Shown here: positions 46,726 to 55,946 of the stretch, one piece after another
Layout of the letters: every line of letters begins with the position of its first letter
Position numbering within the stretch: position 1 is the stretch's first letter
Assembly (NCBI GenBank): GCA_964581025.1
Contig: CAZONA010000002.1
Span: forward strand, 1 to 56,014
Source: an uncultured Lachnospiraceae bacterium
GTDB taxonomy: Bacteria; Bacillota; Clostridia; Oscillospirales; CAG-272
DNA length: 56,014 bases
Direction of reading: 5' to 3'
Position numbers and translations under genes: made by a program
Notes under the pieces: model-generated
What the model saw: the letters and a program-made list of their open reading frames with translations, nothing else
Told to the model about the DNA's origin: nothing
Databases searched by the model: none

Positions 46726-48339
46726 ATGGCGAACGCTAACGGTGTAAAAAATTACGGTAAGCAATTTTTTTCGGGCGTCGCCGTGCTCACCGCCTCCACT
46801 GTCGTAGTCAAGCTCATCGGAATGCTCTATAAGATACCGATGATGGCGTATCTCGGCTCGACGGGCATGGGATATTTCAACTCGGCATACGAGATATATT
46901 CGTTCTTCTTCGTCATATCGACAACGGGCATACCCGTCGCAATATCAATACTTGTATCGGAGTGTAAAGCAAAGGGCAGAGAGAGAGAAGCGGCAAAAAT
47001 ATACCGAATATCAATGCTCCTGCTCGCCGTCCTCGGAGTTGTCGGAACGCTCGTTATGTGCCTGTTCCATAAGGAGCTTGCAAGGCTCATAAATAACGAC
47101 GGCGCAGCGTATTCCATCCTCGCCATATCCCCGACGGTGCTGCTGATATGCGTCGGAAGCGCAGTCAGAGGATATTTTCAGGGCGAGCAGAAAATGCTCC
47201 CCACCGCCGTCTCTCAAATGCTCGAGGCACTCGGTAAGCTCCTCCTCGGACTCGGCTTTGCCGCAATAGCCATAGCAAAGGGCTGCGATGCCGCAAGAGC
47301 GGCGGCGTGCGCCGCACTCGGACTCACACTCGGAGTCGCCGTCTCAACACTCTACCTGTTGCTCGCAAAGCTCCTTCGCCCGAGAATGAGAGCGACCGAT
47401 ACCGTCAGTCCGCCCTCAAGCTCCAAGCTTGCGAAAAAGCTCCTTGAAATAGCGATCCCCATAACGCTCGGCTCGACGATACTCAGCCTTACGAAGATCA
47501 TTGATATGACGATGATACTCACACGGCTCGGCGACCTCGGATATACGCAGGAAGCGGCAAGCTCCGTCTACGGCTCGTACAGCACGATGGCTGTGTCAAT
47601 ATATAATTTGCCCTCAACCTTCGTTACGGCAATAGCACTGCCCCTTGTCCCGATGCTCGCCTCGGCAATGGAATCGGGCGAGAGGGAAAGAGAAAAAAGC
47701 GTCATCGCCTCGGCATTCAAGCTCACCGCACTCATCTCGTTCCCGGCAGGACTCGGGATCACCACGTTCGCAAAGCCGATATTGACCTTGCTTTTCCCCT
47801 CGCAGAGTGCGGAGATAGAGTATACCGCACCGCTTCTCGCAGCGCTCGGACTCTCGGTGTTCCTCTCGTCAATGATAACCGTAACGAACGCCATACTTCA
47901 AGCGTATAAGCAGGTGAGAAAGCCGATAATAAGCATGAGTGTCGGCACGCTCGTTAAGCTCGTCCTCTCCTATGTCTTAATAGGGATCCCGAGCGTCAAC
48001 GTCCTCGGCGCACCGATAAGCACCTTCTTCTCCATGGCGGTGATAGTGTCAATGAATATCTGCTTTATAATCAGATCGTCGGGAAAGCTCCCACAGGTCT
48101 CAAAAATCTTCCTCCGACCGTTCCTTGCGTCCGTCATCTCGGTCGCACTCGGCGCTTTGATATACGCTCCGCTCTCGCAAGAAGTCGGAAAAATACTTAT
48201 CCTGCCCGTGATCTGCATAGTCGCAATAGCGTATCTTTTCGCAATATTGAAGCTCCACGCAGTCGAGAGGGACGAAATACTTATGCTCCCCCGGGGAGAG
48301 AAAATATTCGGATTTTTGAAAAAAATACATTTGATGTAG
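46726..48339 (+). CDS. spoVB: SpoVB/MurJ-like MOP-superfamily flippase (stage V sporulation protein B-like)
   Basis: 'LTASTVVVKLIGMLYKIPMMAYLGSTGMGYFNSAYEIY'. About 14 TM helices. It lies next to the mazG-hup-yabOPQ sporulation-region synteny. Confidence 0.75.
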   Translation: MANANGVKNYGKQFFSGVAVLTASTVVVKLIGMLYKIPMMAYLGSTGMGYFNSAYEIYSFFFVISTTGIPVAISILVSECKAKGREREAAKIYRISMLLLAVLGVVGTLVMCLFHKELARLINNDGAAYSILAISPTVLLICVGSAVRGYFQGEQKMLPTAVSQMLEALGKLLLGLGFAAIAIAKGCDAARAAACAALGLTLGVAVSTLYLLLAKLLRPRMRATDTVSPPSSSKLAKKLLEIAIPITLGSTILSLTKIIDMTMILTRLGDLGYTQEAASSVYGSYSTMAVSIYNLPSTFVTAIALPLVPMLASAMESGEREREKSVIASAFKLTALISFPAGLGITTFAKPILTLLFPSQSAEIEYTAPLLAALGLSVFLSSMITVTNAILQAYKQVRKPIISMSVGTLVKLVLSYVLIGIPSVNVLGAPISTFFSMAVIVSMNICFIIRSSGKLPQVSKIFLRPFLASVISVALGALIYAPLSQEVGKILILPVICIVAIAYLFAILKLHAVERDEILMLPRGEKIFGFLKKIHLM

Positions 48340-48352
48340 GAAAGGAATAAAG

Positions 48353-49045
48353 ATGTTAAAAAACGATAAAACGGAAGCATTGCTCAAAAAGGAGAGATAC
48401 GGCTTTTACGATCTCTGCACCATACTCGAGATATTACGCGGGGAGGGCGGATGCCCGTGGGATGCGGAGCAAACGCACGAAAGCATAAGAAAAAATTTCA
48501 TCGAGGAAACCTACGAGGTCCTCGAGGCAATAGATAATAAGGACGCAAAGCTGCTCCGTGAGGAGCTCGGCGACGTGATGCTCCAGGTCGTGTTCCATAC
48601 GCAGATGGAAAAGGAAAAGGGCGTTTTCGATATTGACGACGTCGCAAACGATGTCTGCGTCAAGCTCATCCACAGACACCCCCATATCTTCGGCGATACC
48701 GTCGCAAATACCACCGAGCAGGTGCTCGATAATTGGGAAGCGATCAAAAATCTCGAGAAGAGCAGGGAGACTCTCTACGATAAGCTCAACAGCGTCCCCC
48801 CGATGACGCCGGCACTCATGCGAGGCACGAAGGTCGCAAAGAAATCGGGAAAATATAAGGAAGCAGACCTCACGCACCTCGCAGACGGCGTCGCAAATAC
48901 CCTCTCGCACGGCGCACAGCTTACCGAGAGCGAGATCGGAAGCCTTCTTTTCGACGTCTGCGCACTCTGCTCAAGGCTCGATATAGATCCCGAGGAGGCA
49001 CTTTTTAAGACCACGAACGCCTTCATCGAGGATTGCAAAAATTAA
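48353..49045 (+). CDS. mazG: MazG-family nucleoside triphosphate pyrophosphohydrolase
   Basis: 'GCPWDAEQTHESIRKNFIEETYEVLEAID' and 'EELGDVMLQVVFH'. Confidence 0.88.
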   Translation: MLKNDKTEALLKKERYGFYDLCTILEILRGEGGCPWDAEQTHESIRKNFIEETYEVLEAIDNKDAKLLREELGDVMLQVVFHTQMEKEKGVFDIDDVANDVCVKLIHRHPHIFGDTVANTTEQVLDNWEAIKNLEKSRETLYDKLNSVPPMTPALMRGTKVAKKSGKYKEADLTHLADGVANTLSHGAQLTESEIGSLLFDVCALCSRLDIDPEEALFKTTNAFIEDCKN

Positions 49046-49168
49046 GCCTTCGTTAAAACTGTACAATTTTTGTGCAATGTATTTGTATATTCGGCACAAA
49101 GCTTTCGCTTTATGTGTAAAATACATAAAAAAATCAGCCGAAAAAACGATAAAAATTGCAAAAAAGTC

Positions 49169-49197
49169 TTGCAATGCTTGCATTTTTGTGATATTAT
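49169..49197 (+). promoter_or_regulatory. SigA-type promoter (extended -10) of hup
   Basis: TTGCAA, a 17-nt spacer ending TGa, then TATTAT. Confidence 0.5.
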
Positions 49198-49250
49198 AAA
49201 TGTGTAACGCAGATGCGTTGCACAACTTTACGAAAGGTTAGGATATAAAA

Positions 49251-49523
49251 ATGAACAAGGTTCAATTGGTTGAGGCAGTCGCTGCTGCCGGCAAGCTTAC
49301 AAAAAAGGATGCAGAGGTTGCGGTAAAGGCTGTTACCGATTCTATCGTAGCCGCTCTTAAGAACGGAGAAAAGGTTCAACTCGTCGGCTTCGGCACGTTC
49401 GAGGTAAAGACTCGTGAGGAGAGAAAGGGCAGAAATCCCAAGACCGGTGAGGAGATCGTTATCCCCGCATCGAAGCACCCCACCTTCTCGGCAGGAAAAG
49501 CATTCAAGGATGCAGTAAACTGA
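49251..49523 (+). CDS. hup: DNA-binding protein HU
   Basis: '[11 protein letters not shown]...[35 protein letters not shown]'. Confidence 0.95.
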   Translation: MNKVQLVEAVAAAGKLTKKDAEVAVKAVTDSIVAALKNGEKVQLVGFGTFEVKTREERKGRNPKTGEEIVIPASKHPTFSAGKAFKDAVN

Positions 49524-49539
49524 TTAATATTGGTATATA

Positions 49540-49570
49540 ATTATGGGCGGTATACCGCCCATAATTTATT
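49540..49570 (+). terminator. Rho-independent terminator after hup
   Basis: 11-bp stem attatgggcgg / ccgcccataat with loop tata, followed by ttatt. Confidence 0.7.
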
Positions 49571-49598
49571 AAATTCCCCAAAAAGGAGATTTGTTTTT

Positions 49599-49844
49599 AT
49601 GAGATTGGATAAATTCTTAAAGGTCTCGAGAATAATAAAACGCCGCACCGTCGCAAACGACGCCTGCGATAACGCACACGTTACCGTAAACGGCAGACCG
49701 GCTAAAGCGTCCTACGACGTCAAGGAAAACGATATAATAGAGATAACCTTCGGCGCAAGAACGCTTAAGATCTGCGTCCTCGACGTTAAGGAGCACGTCG
49801 CCAAGGACGAGGCGTCGGCTCTTTACCGAGTAATAACGGAGTAG
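49599..49844 (+). CDS. yabO: S4-domain RNA-binding protein (YabO-like)
   Basis: Start at the ATG at 49599, after AAGGAG. 'MRLDKFLKVSRIIKRRTVANDAC' is an S4 motif. It sits in the yabO slot before yabP. Confidence 0.8.
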   Translation: MRLDKFLKVSRIIKRRTVANDACDNAHVTVNGRPAKASYDVKENDIIEITFGARTLKICVLDVKEHVAKDEASALYRVITE

Positions 49845-49928
49845 TAAGTAATTCATAAAATGCCCGATCCGCACATATCCTTGAACAGTTAAGCTTTTTT
49901 GTCGCCTCGGCGACGGAGGGAGATATTT

Positions 49929-50216
49929 ATGAATGACGGTAGGGCGGATAAGAGCAGAGCGGAGCATAATATAACGGTGGGCGCAAGAGAGCGACTCAGC
50001 GTCAGCGGAATACGGGAGATAGTGAGCTTTGACGAGAGCGGAGTGAGCGTCCGTACCTCGTGCGGCGACCTCGCCATAGACGGAGAGGGAATACATATCA
50101 GCGTTTTGAATATAGAGAAGGGCGAGCTTGAGCTTCAGGGCAAAATAAACGGAATAAATTATACCGACCTCGGCGACGGCGAGCACCGCTCGTTTCTCTC
50201 GAGGATATTCAAATAA
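49929..50216 (+). CDS. yabP: Sporulation protein YabP
   Basis: Start at the ATG at 49929, after GGAGGGAG. 'HNITVGARERLSVSGIREIVSFDESGVSVRTSCGDLAIDGEGIHIS'. Confidence 0.85.
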   Translation: MNDGRADKSRAEHNITVGARERLSVSGIREIVSFDESGVSVRTSCGDLAIDGEGIHISVLNIEKGELELQGKINGINYTDLGDGEHRSFLSRIFK

Positions 50217-50669
50217 ATGCACGCCACAGCGGAGGAAATGCTAAGGCTCATCTGCCTCTCCTCGCTCATCGGAGCGATCGGTGCAACCGTTTCGGATTAT
50301 GTTTATTTCGTGAGAATACTCTTAATAGACAGAAGCCTCGGAGCACCCCTCACCTTTTTGCAGGACGTCGTGGCGTGCATTTGCGCAAGCATCTCCGTCA
50401 TACTCAGCGCATATTTTTTCGCCTCGGGCACATTGCGAGGACTCACCGTGGCGGCGGTGCTTCTCGGAATATTGCTGTATAGACTCACCGTAAGATGCGC
50501 GGTGATCAAAATATTCGAAGCACTTAACCGTGCAATAAGACGGCTCATTGGCATAATAGCACCCCCGATAGCGCACCTGCTTCTTCGAATTGCGAAAATT
50601 TTCAAGCCCCATCCGGGGCATAATAAAAATAAAAATAAAAAGAAAAATCGAAAGGAAAATAAAAAATGA
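50217..50669 (+). CDS. yabQ: Spore cortex biosynthesis protein YabQ-like (membrane)
   Basis: It lies directly after yabP, has 4-5 TM helices and ends in a Lys/Asn-rich tail. Confidence 0.65.
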   Translation: MHATAEEMLRLICLSSLIGAIGATVSDYVYFVRILLIDRSLGAPLTFLQDVVACICASISVILSAYFFASGTLRGLTVAAVLLGILLYRLTVRCAVIKIFEALNRAIRRLIGIIAPPIAHLLLRIAKIFKPHPGHNKNKNKKKNRKENKK

Positions 50670-51559
50670 CCGACGTTATCATCGTGGGAGCAGGACCTGC
50701 CGGACTTTCCTCGGCAATATACGCAAAGCGTGCTGGATATTCCGTGCTCGTTTTCGATAAAGGCTCGGCGGATTCGCAGCTTGCAAAGGCGGCAGAGGTC
50801 GAAAATTACCTCGGCTTCCCCTCCGTCAGCGGAGCGGAGCTTCAGTCCGCCTTCCTGCAGCACGCAAAAGTGCAGGGAATAGAATTTGTGAAAAGAGCCG
50901 TCCTCTCGGTCGAAAAGACGGACGAGGGCTTTGTCGTCAGAACCAAAAAGGGCGAATACCCGTGTAAGCACCTCGTGCTCGCCATGGGACGCTCGCATAA
51001 GACGATCGGTGCTACGGGCGAGGAACGCCTCTCTGGCGTCGGAGTATCGTATTGCGCCACCTGCGACGGATATTTTTATAAGGGAAAGACCGTCTGCGTC
51101 GTCGGCGGCGGAGATAGCGCACTCAGTCAGGCAATATACCTCTCCGCAGTCTGCGAAAAGGTCGTGCTCGTGCATAGACGAGATACCTTCAGAGCCGCCC
51201 AATACCTCGTGGACAGGCTCGCAGAGCATCCGAATATCGAGATGAAAATGAATACGACCGTCTCCGAAATATTCGGAGAGGATCACGTCGAGGGAGTTAC
51301 CCTCCTTTGCGAAGAAAAAAGCGAAAGATTTGCCTGCGACGGAGTGTTCGGCGCAGTCGGCGAAAGCCCCAATATGCCGTTTGAGATCGAGGGACTCGAG
51401 CGTACAGCGGCAGGACAGATAATCACCGATAGGTATTGCAGAACGAATATCGACGGGCTCTACGCCGTCGGCGATCTTCGTGAGCGTGAGGTCTACCAGA
51501 TAATCACCGCAGTCTCCGACGGCGCACTCGTCGTCGAGGGAATCGGCGGAGCACGTTGA
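50666..51559 (+). CDS. trxB: Thioredoxin-disulfide reductase
   Basis: 'IIVGAGPAGLSSAIYA', redox-active 'CATCDG', 'VVGGGDSA' and 'HRRDTFRA'. Confidence 0.88.
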   Translation: MTDVIIVGAGPAGLSSAIYAKRAGYSVLVFDKGSADSQLAKAAEVENYLGFPSVSGAELQSAFLQHAKVQGIEFVKRAVLSVEKTDEGFVVRTKKGEYPCKHLVLAMGRSHKTIGATGEERLSGVGVSYCATCDGYFYKGKTVCVVGGGDSALSQAIYLSAVCEKVVLVHRRDTFRAAQYLVDRLAEHPNIEMKMNTTVSEIFGEDHVEGVTLLCEEKSERFACDGVFGAVGESPNMPFEIEGLERTAAGQIITDRYCRTNIDGLYAVGDLREREVYQIITAVSDGALVVEGIGGAR

Positions 51560-51623
51560 TTTGCGAATAAAATACACGGATAGCTCATATATTTCACCTA
51601 GAATTATCTTTTTGGGGGAATAT

Positions 51624-52802
51624 ATGAGCTCTTTGATTTTCAAAAAATGCATAGGTCTTTTTCTCGTTTTCACAACGGTTACGGCACTTCTCGGAGTAAG
51701 CGGCAAAACTTCGGGAAATACTGTGAATACACCCGTTACCGACGTCGGCTTCGAGGTCGACTGTAAGAGTGCGATCCTCGTTGACGCAACGACGGGAACG
51801 GTACTCTACGAAAATAACGCCGACGAGCCTCTGCCGCCGGCGTCGGTTACGAAAATAATGACGCTCCTGCTCGTAATGGAGGAGATAGAGAGGGGAAGCC
51901 TCAAATATACCGATACCGTAACGGTCAGCGCACACGCCGCCTCTATGGGCGGCTCGCAGGTGTTTCTTCGGGAGGGCGAGCGAATGAGCGTGGAGGATAT
52001 GATAAAGAGCGTCGTCATCTCCTCGGCAAACGACGCCGCCGTCGCACTTGCGGAGCATATCTGCGGCTCGGAGGAGCTTTTCGTGCAGAAAATGAACGAC
52101 CGTGCCCGTGAGCTCGGTATGAAAAATACCCACTTTGAAAACACGAACGGACTTGACGATACCGCAATAGCCCACAGAACGAGCGCACGGGATATCGCAA
52201 TAATGTCAAGGGAGCTTATAAAGCACGAAAAAATACTCGAATATAGCTCCACGTGGATGGATAGCATCAGGGACGGTGCGTTCACCCTCACCAATACTAA
52301 CCGCCTCGTCCGCTTTTACAGCGGCGCAACGGGGCTTAAAACAGGCTCTACCTCCAAGGCGGGCTTTTGCGTCAGCGCCACCGCAAAACGTGAAAATATG
52401 CACCTTATCTGCGTCGTAATGGGGGCAGAGAGCAGCGACGTGAGAAATTCCATAGCAACAAAGCTGCTGAATTGGGGCTTTGCAACCTACGAGCTGTACG
52501 AGGACGCCCCCGAGCTTTCCCCCGTAAGCGTGCGAGGAGGACTCGAGGATCTCTGCCCGATAAAAGCAGAGCCCTTCGCCGCCGTCGTCAAGCGAGGGAG
52601 TAAATCACGCATTCAAAGAACCGTAAATATCCCCGAGTACGTGAACGCCCCGATCTCTCTCGGGGACGAGATCGGAAGCATTACCTATACCCTCGACGGC
52701 GAAAGCGTCGGATGCTCAAGCGTAAAAGCCGAGATGAGCGTGGAAAAAATAGATTTTTATGCGCTTTTTTTAAGAATTGTTGCAAAATTCCTTGTAAAAT
52801 AG
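51624..52802 (+). CDS. D-alanyl-D-alanine carboxypeptidase (S11), second copy
   Basis: Start at the ATG at 51624, after GGGGGA. Signal-anchor 'CIGLFLVFTTVTALLGV', SxxK motif 'PASVTKIMT', 'SANDAA' (SxN) and 'KTGST' (KTG). Confidence 0.88.
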   Translation: MSSLIFKKCIGLFLVFTTVTALLGVSGKTSGNTVNTPVTDVGFEVDCKSAILVDATTGTVLYENNADEPLPPASVTKIMTLLLVMEEIERGSLKYTDTVTVSAHAASMGGSQVFLREGERMSVEDMIKSVVISSANDAAVALAEHICGSEELFVQKMNDRARELGMKNTHFENTNGLDDTAIAHRTSARDIAIMSRELIKHEKILEYSSTWMDSIRDGAFTLTNTNRLVRFYSGATGLKTGSTSKAGFCVSATAKRENMHLICVVMGAESSDVRNSIATKLLNWGFATYELYEDAPELSPVSVRGGLEDLCPIKAEPFAAVVKRGSKSRIQRTVNIPEYVNAPISLGDEIGSITYTLDGESVGCSSVKAEMSVEKIDFYALFLRIVAKFLVK

Positions 52803-52813
52803 CAAAATAACTC

Positions 52814-52842
52814 TTGCATTTTCAATTCAAAAGTAGTAGAAT
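52814..52842 (+). promoter_or_regulatory. SigA-type promoter of pgi
   Basis: TTGCAT, a 17-nt spacer, then TAGAAT. Confidence 0.5.
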
Positions 52843-52876
52843 AGTGGATAGTTGATTTAGAAGGGAACTGATAAAA

Positions 52877-54208
52877 ATGACGTTAAAACTCAATGACAAA
52901 TATCTTAAAAAATTTATAGCGGATCACGAGTACGATTGCCTCGATCCGATGATCAAAACTGCGGACAGAATGCTCAGAGAAAAGAGCGGCGCAGGTAATG
53001 CGTTCCTCGGCTGGCTTGACCTGCCCGAGAACTACGACAGAGAAGAATTCGCAAGGATCAAGGCGGCTGCCGCAAGGATCCGCCGCGACTGCGACGCATT
53101 CATACTTATCGGTATAGGCGGCTCGTACCTCGGCGCAAAGGCGATAATCGACTTCCTTGCCGGCTCGAATAATACGAACGAGCCGACACCCGAAATATAC
53201 TACGCCGGCTGTAACGTCAGCGCCGCATATATGAACGAGCTTCTCCGAGTTTGCGAGAATAAGAGCGTCTGCATAAACGTCGTCTCCAAATCCGGAACGA
53301 CCACCGAGCCTGCCGTCGCATTCCGTGTGCTCCGTGCCTTCCTTGAGAAAAAATACGGTGTCGAGGAAGCGAAAAAGAGAATATACGTTACAACGGATAA
53401 GGAGCGTGGAACGCTCAAATCCTTTGCGGATCAGCAGGGATATGAAACCTTCGTCGTGCCCGACGATATCGGCGGAAGATTTTCCGTCCTCACCGCCGTC
53501 GGACTTCTCCCCGTTGCAGTAGCGGGAGTCGATATAGATGAGCTCATGCTCGGCGCAAACGACGCAAGACTTGCATATTCGAGTGCCGACCTCGAAACGA
53601 ATACCGCATATAAGTACGCCGCTATCAGAAATATACTCTACCGTAAGGGTAAGCAACTCGAGATCCTCGTAAGCTACGAGCCGTTCTGCGCTACGCTTCA
53701 GGAGTGGTGGAAGCAGCTCTACGGCGAGAGCGAGGGTAAGGACGGAAAGGGAATATTCCCCTCGTCCCTCGTGTTCTCCACGGATCTCCATTCCCTCGGA
53801 CAATATATCCAGCAGGGCGAGAGAATGCTCTTTGAGACCGTGCTCTCCATTGACGATACAAAGAGCACCCTCACCATCCCCTACGACGAGGCGAATATCG
53901 ACGGACTGAATTTCCTTGCCGGCAGAGATCTTAACGAGCTTAAGCAGACCGCAATGCACGCAACGCAGATAGCGCATATCGACGGCGACGTTCCGAACGT
54001 CCATATCGAGCTCTCCGAAAGAAACGCATTCTGCCTCGGACACCTGATATATTTCTTCGAGCTTGCCTGCGCAATGTCCGGATACCTCCTCGGAGTCAAT
54101 CCCTTCGACCAGCCGGGCGTCGAGGCTTATAAAAAGAATATGTTCGCACTTCTCGGTAAGCCGGGCTACGAGGAGCTCAGAGCGGAGCTCGAATCGAGAA
54201 GCGTTTGA
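52877..54208 (+). CDS. pgi: Glucose-6-phosphate isomerase (short Firmicute type)
   Basis: 'FILIGIGGSYLGA', 'VVSKSGTTTEP', 'GGRFSVLTAVGLLP' and 'LYGESEGKDGKG'. Confidence 0.92.
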   Translation: MTLKLNDKYLKKFIADHEYDCLDPMIKTADRMLREKSGAGNAFLGWLDLPENYDREEFARIKAAAARIRRDCDAFILIGIGGSYLGAKAIIDFLAGSNNTNEPTPEIYYAGCNVSAAYMNELLRVCENKSVCINVVSKSGTTTEPAVAFRVLRAFLEKKYGVEEAKKRIYVTTDKERGTLKSFADQQGYETFVVPDDIGGRFSVLTAVGLLPVAVAGVDIDELMLGANDARLAYSSADLETNTAYKYAAIRNILYRKGKQLEILVSYEPFCATLQEWWKQLYGESEGKDGKGIFPSSLVFSTDLHSLGQYIQQGERMLFETVLSIDDTKSTLTIPYDEANIDGLNFLAGRDLNELKQTAMHATQIAHIDGDVPNVHIELSERNAFCLGHLIYFFELACAMSGYLLGVNPFDQPGVEAYKKNMFALLGKPGYEELRAELESRSV

Positions 54209-54247
54209 TAATATTTGCTTTTTTGCGATATTTTTTGAAAAAAGCCC

Positions 54248-54276
54248 TTGCAATTTCGCACTTCTTAGTGTATAAT
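54248..54276 (+). promoter_or_regulatory. SigA-type promoter of the small P-loop gene
   Basis: TTGCAA, a 17-nt spacer, then TATAAT. Confidence 0.55.
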
Positions 54277-54331
54277 TAAACTACAAAGAAGCAAAGGCTT
54301 CAATTAACTCAATTCTCGGAGGTAATTTATT

Positions 54332-54739
54332 ATGGTGAAATTAATAATCGGCGTCAAGGGTACGGGTAAGACTAAGACTCTTATCGAAATGGTAAACGAC
54401 GCACAGAAGAATACTAACGGCTGTGTCGTTTGCATTGAAAAGGGTAATAAGCTCCGCTACGACGTCAATAGCCAGATAAGGCTCATAGATACTATGGAAT
54501 ATCTCGTTTCCGACGCACAGTCCCTCTTCGGATTCGTAGCAGGTATTTTGGCAAGCAACTACGACGTAACCGATATATTTATCGATTCCTGCCTTAAGAT
54601 CTGCAACGAGGATACCGTTGCGTTTGAAAAGTTCTTGCTCGAGGTCGAGGCACTCGCACATAAGAGCAATATCAATATCGTCCTCACGTCCTCGCTCCCC
54701 CAGGAGAACGTTACCGACGTGATGAAAAAGTTTATCTGA
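54332..54739 (+). CDS. Small (135 aa) P-loop NTPase-like protein of unknown function
   Basis: Walker A-like 'GVKGTGKT' at residues 7-14 and Walker B-like 'DIFIDS'. GGAGG RBS upstream. Confidence 0.6.
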   Translation: MVKLIIGVKGTGKTKTLIEMVNDAQKNTNGCVVCIEKGNKLRYDVNSQIRLIDTMEYLVSDAQSLFGFVAGILASNYDVTDIFIDSCLKICNEDTVAFEKFLLEVEALAHKSNINIVLTSSLPQENVTDVMKKFI

Positions 54740-54764
54740 ACACCAATTTAATTTCATACATCCG

Positions 54765-54793
54765 ATAAGCAGCCCTCGGGCTGCTTATTTTTT
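54765..54793 (+). terminator. Rho-independent terminator
   Basis: ataagcagccc tc gggctgcttat, followed by tttttt. Confidence 0.85.
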
Positions 54794-54794
54794 G

Positions 54795-54823
54795 TTGACA
54801 AATGTCGATTAAAATGGTAAAAT
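54795..54823 (+). promoter_or_regulatory. SigA-type promoter (extended -10) of the CoiA-like ORF
   Basis: TTGACA, a 17-nt spacer ending TGg, then TAAAAT. Confidence 0.55.
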
Positions 54824-54877
54824 GATAATGAAAGCTATCATTTAAGCTAATATATTTGTAATGGGAGAAAATATCAA

Positions 54878-55897
54878 ATGAAAAAAGCACTTATATTTAG
54901 AGAAAATCAAGAACCCATTTTAGTTTCTGCTGATGATATTAAAAATGGATTATATAGCAGGAATGAGGAATTTGTTGATCCTGCATACGAATATAGAGTT
55001 CAATTTGTAAGCGGTGCACGCAATAATGGAGGACCGTATTTCAGATATTATTATTCTCTTGAAGAATTTAAGAAACTATATCCCGACAGGGCATCAAGAT
55101 ATGAAATAGTTGCCAAAATGAGAAGATATGAAGAAAGTCAGTGGCACAAAAGGTGGAAAGAAAATATCAGCACCTTTTGTAATATAGAAAAATACACAAA
55201 AGATCCCAATACAAACAAATATAAATATGCAGATGCTTTCTATGAAGAAACAAGAACTTGCATTGAATTTCAGCATTCATATATATCCTTTGATTTTGAG
55301 GAGCGTAATGATTTTTATGAAAATCTTTCGATTAATGTTATTTGGCTATATGATCTTACCTCACAAGAAATTCATAAAAATGAAAAAGGAAATGTGGAAA
55401 TATTAGAAAATAACGCAAAAGGCTTTTTTAGAATATCGGAAAATCCGGAAAATCTAAAAAAACATAATGTATATATTCAAGTGAAATCTGGAGTAATTTA
55501 TCGTGTTAAGGACTTATTGCGATATGATTCTTCAAAAATGCAAAAATCTACAATTAGATATTTTATTCCTGAGGAAAGCTATACAGAACAAGCGTTTATC
55601 GAAGCTATAAAAGACAATAGCTTGGGCGATGATGAAACATGCAAGCCATTGGTTGAATGGTGGAGTAGTAACTATTCATCAATGACCGTGCAAAATGTGG
55701 AAACAGGGGACGTGATTCGTGTTAATTGCAATGGAAATGGTGAAATGTATAGAGATTTTGAGAATGATTGTATTCAATACAAGTATGTGGATTGTAAATT
55801 CGGATCTATGAATACGAAAGATTATTCACTTAGGCACGAAGATGAAGAGAAGCCAATTTGGGTTTTTATTGAAAGTAAAAATATAAAAAATAATTAG
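54878..55897 (+). CDS. AT-rich ORF with a CoiA-like / PD-(D/E)xK-type nuclease-fold core
   Basis: 'YADAFYEETRTCIEFQHSYISFDFEERNDFYENLSINVIWLYD' resembles the CoiA 'D...IE(I/F)Q.S.IS..E...R...Y......VIW' core. The N-terminal 'YRVQFVSGARNNGGPYFRYY' sits where CoiA has its CPxC/HFxH region. GGGAGAA RBS upstream. Confidence 0.45.
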   Translation: MKKALIFRENQEPILVSADDIKNGLYSRNEEFVDPAYEYRVQFVSGARNNGGPYFRYYYSLEEFKKLYPDRASRYEIVAKMRRYEESQWHKRWKENISTFCNIEKYTKDPNTNKYKYADAFYEETRTCIEFQHSYISFDFEERNDFYENLSINVIWLYDLTSQEIHKNEKGNVEILENNAKGFFRISENPENLKKHNVYIQVKSGVIYRVKDLLRYDSSKMQKSTIRYFIPEESYTEQAFIEAIKDNSLGDDETCKPLVEWWSSNYSSMTVQNVETGDVIRVNCNGNGEMYRDFENDCIQYKYVDCKFGSMNTKDYSLRHEDEEKPIWVFIESKNIKNN

Positions 55898-55911
55898 ATT
55901 AATGTATGCCC

Positions 55912-55946
55912 AAAAGCAGGATAAATTGTAGTTTATCCTGCTTTTA
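55912..55946 (+). terminator. Rho-independent terminator
   Basis: aaaagcaggataaa ttgtag tttatcctgctttt. Confidence 0.8.
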
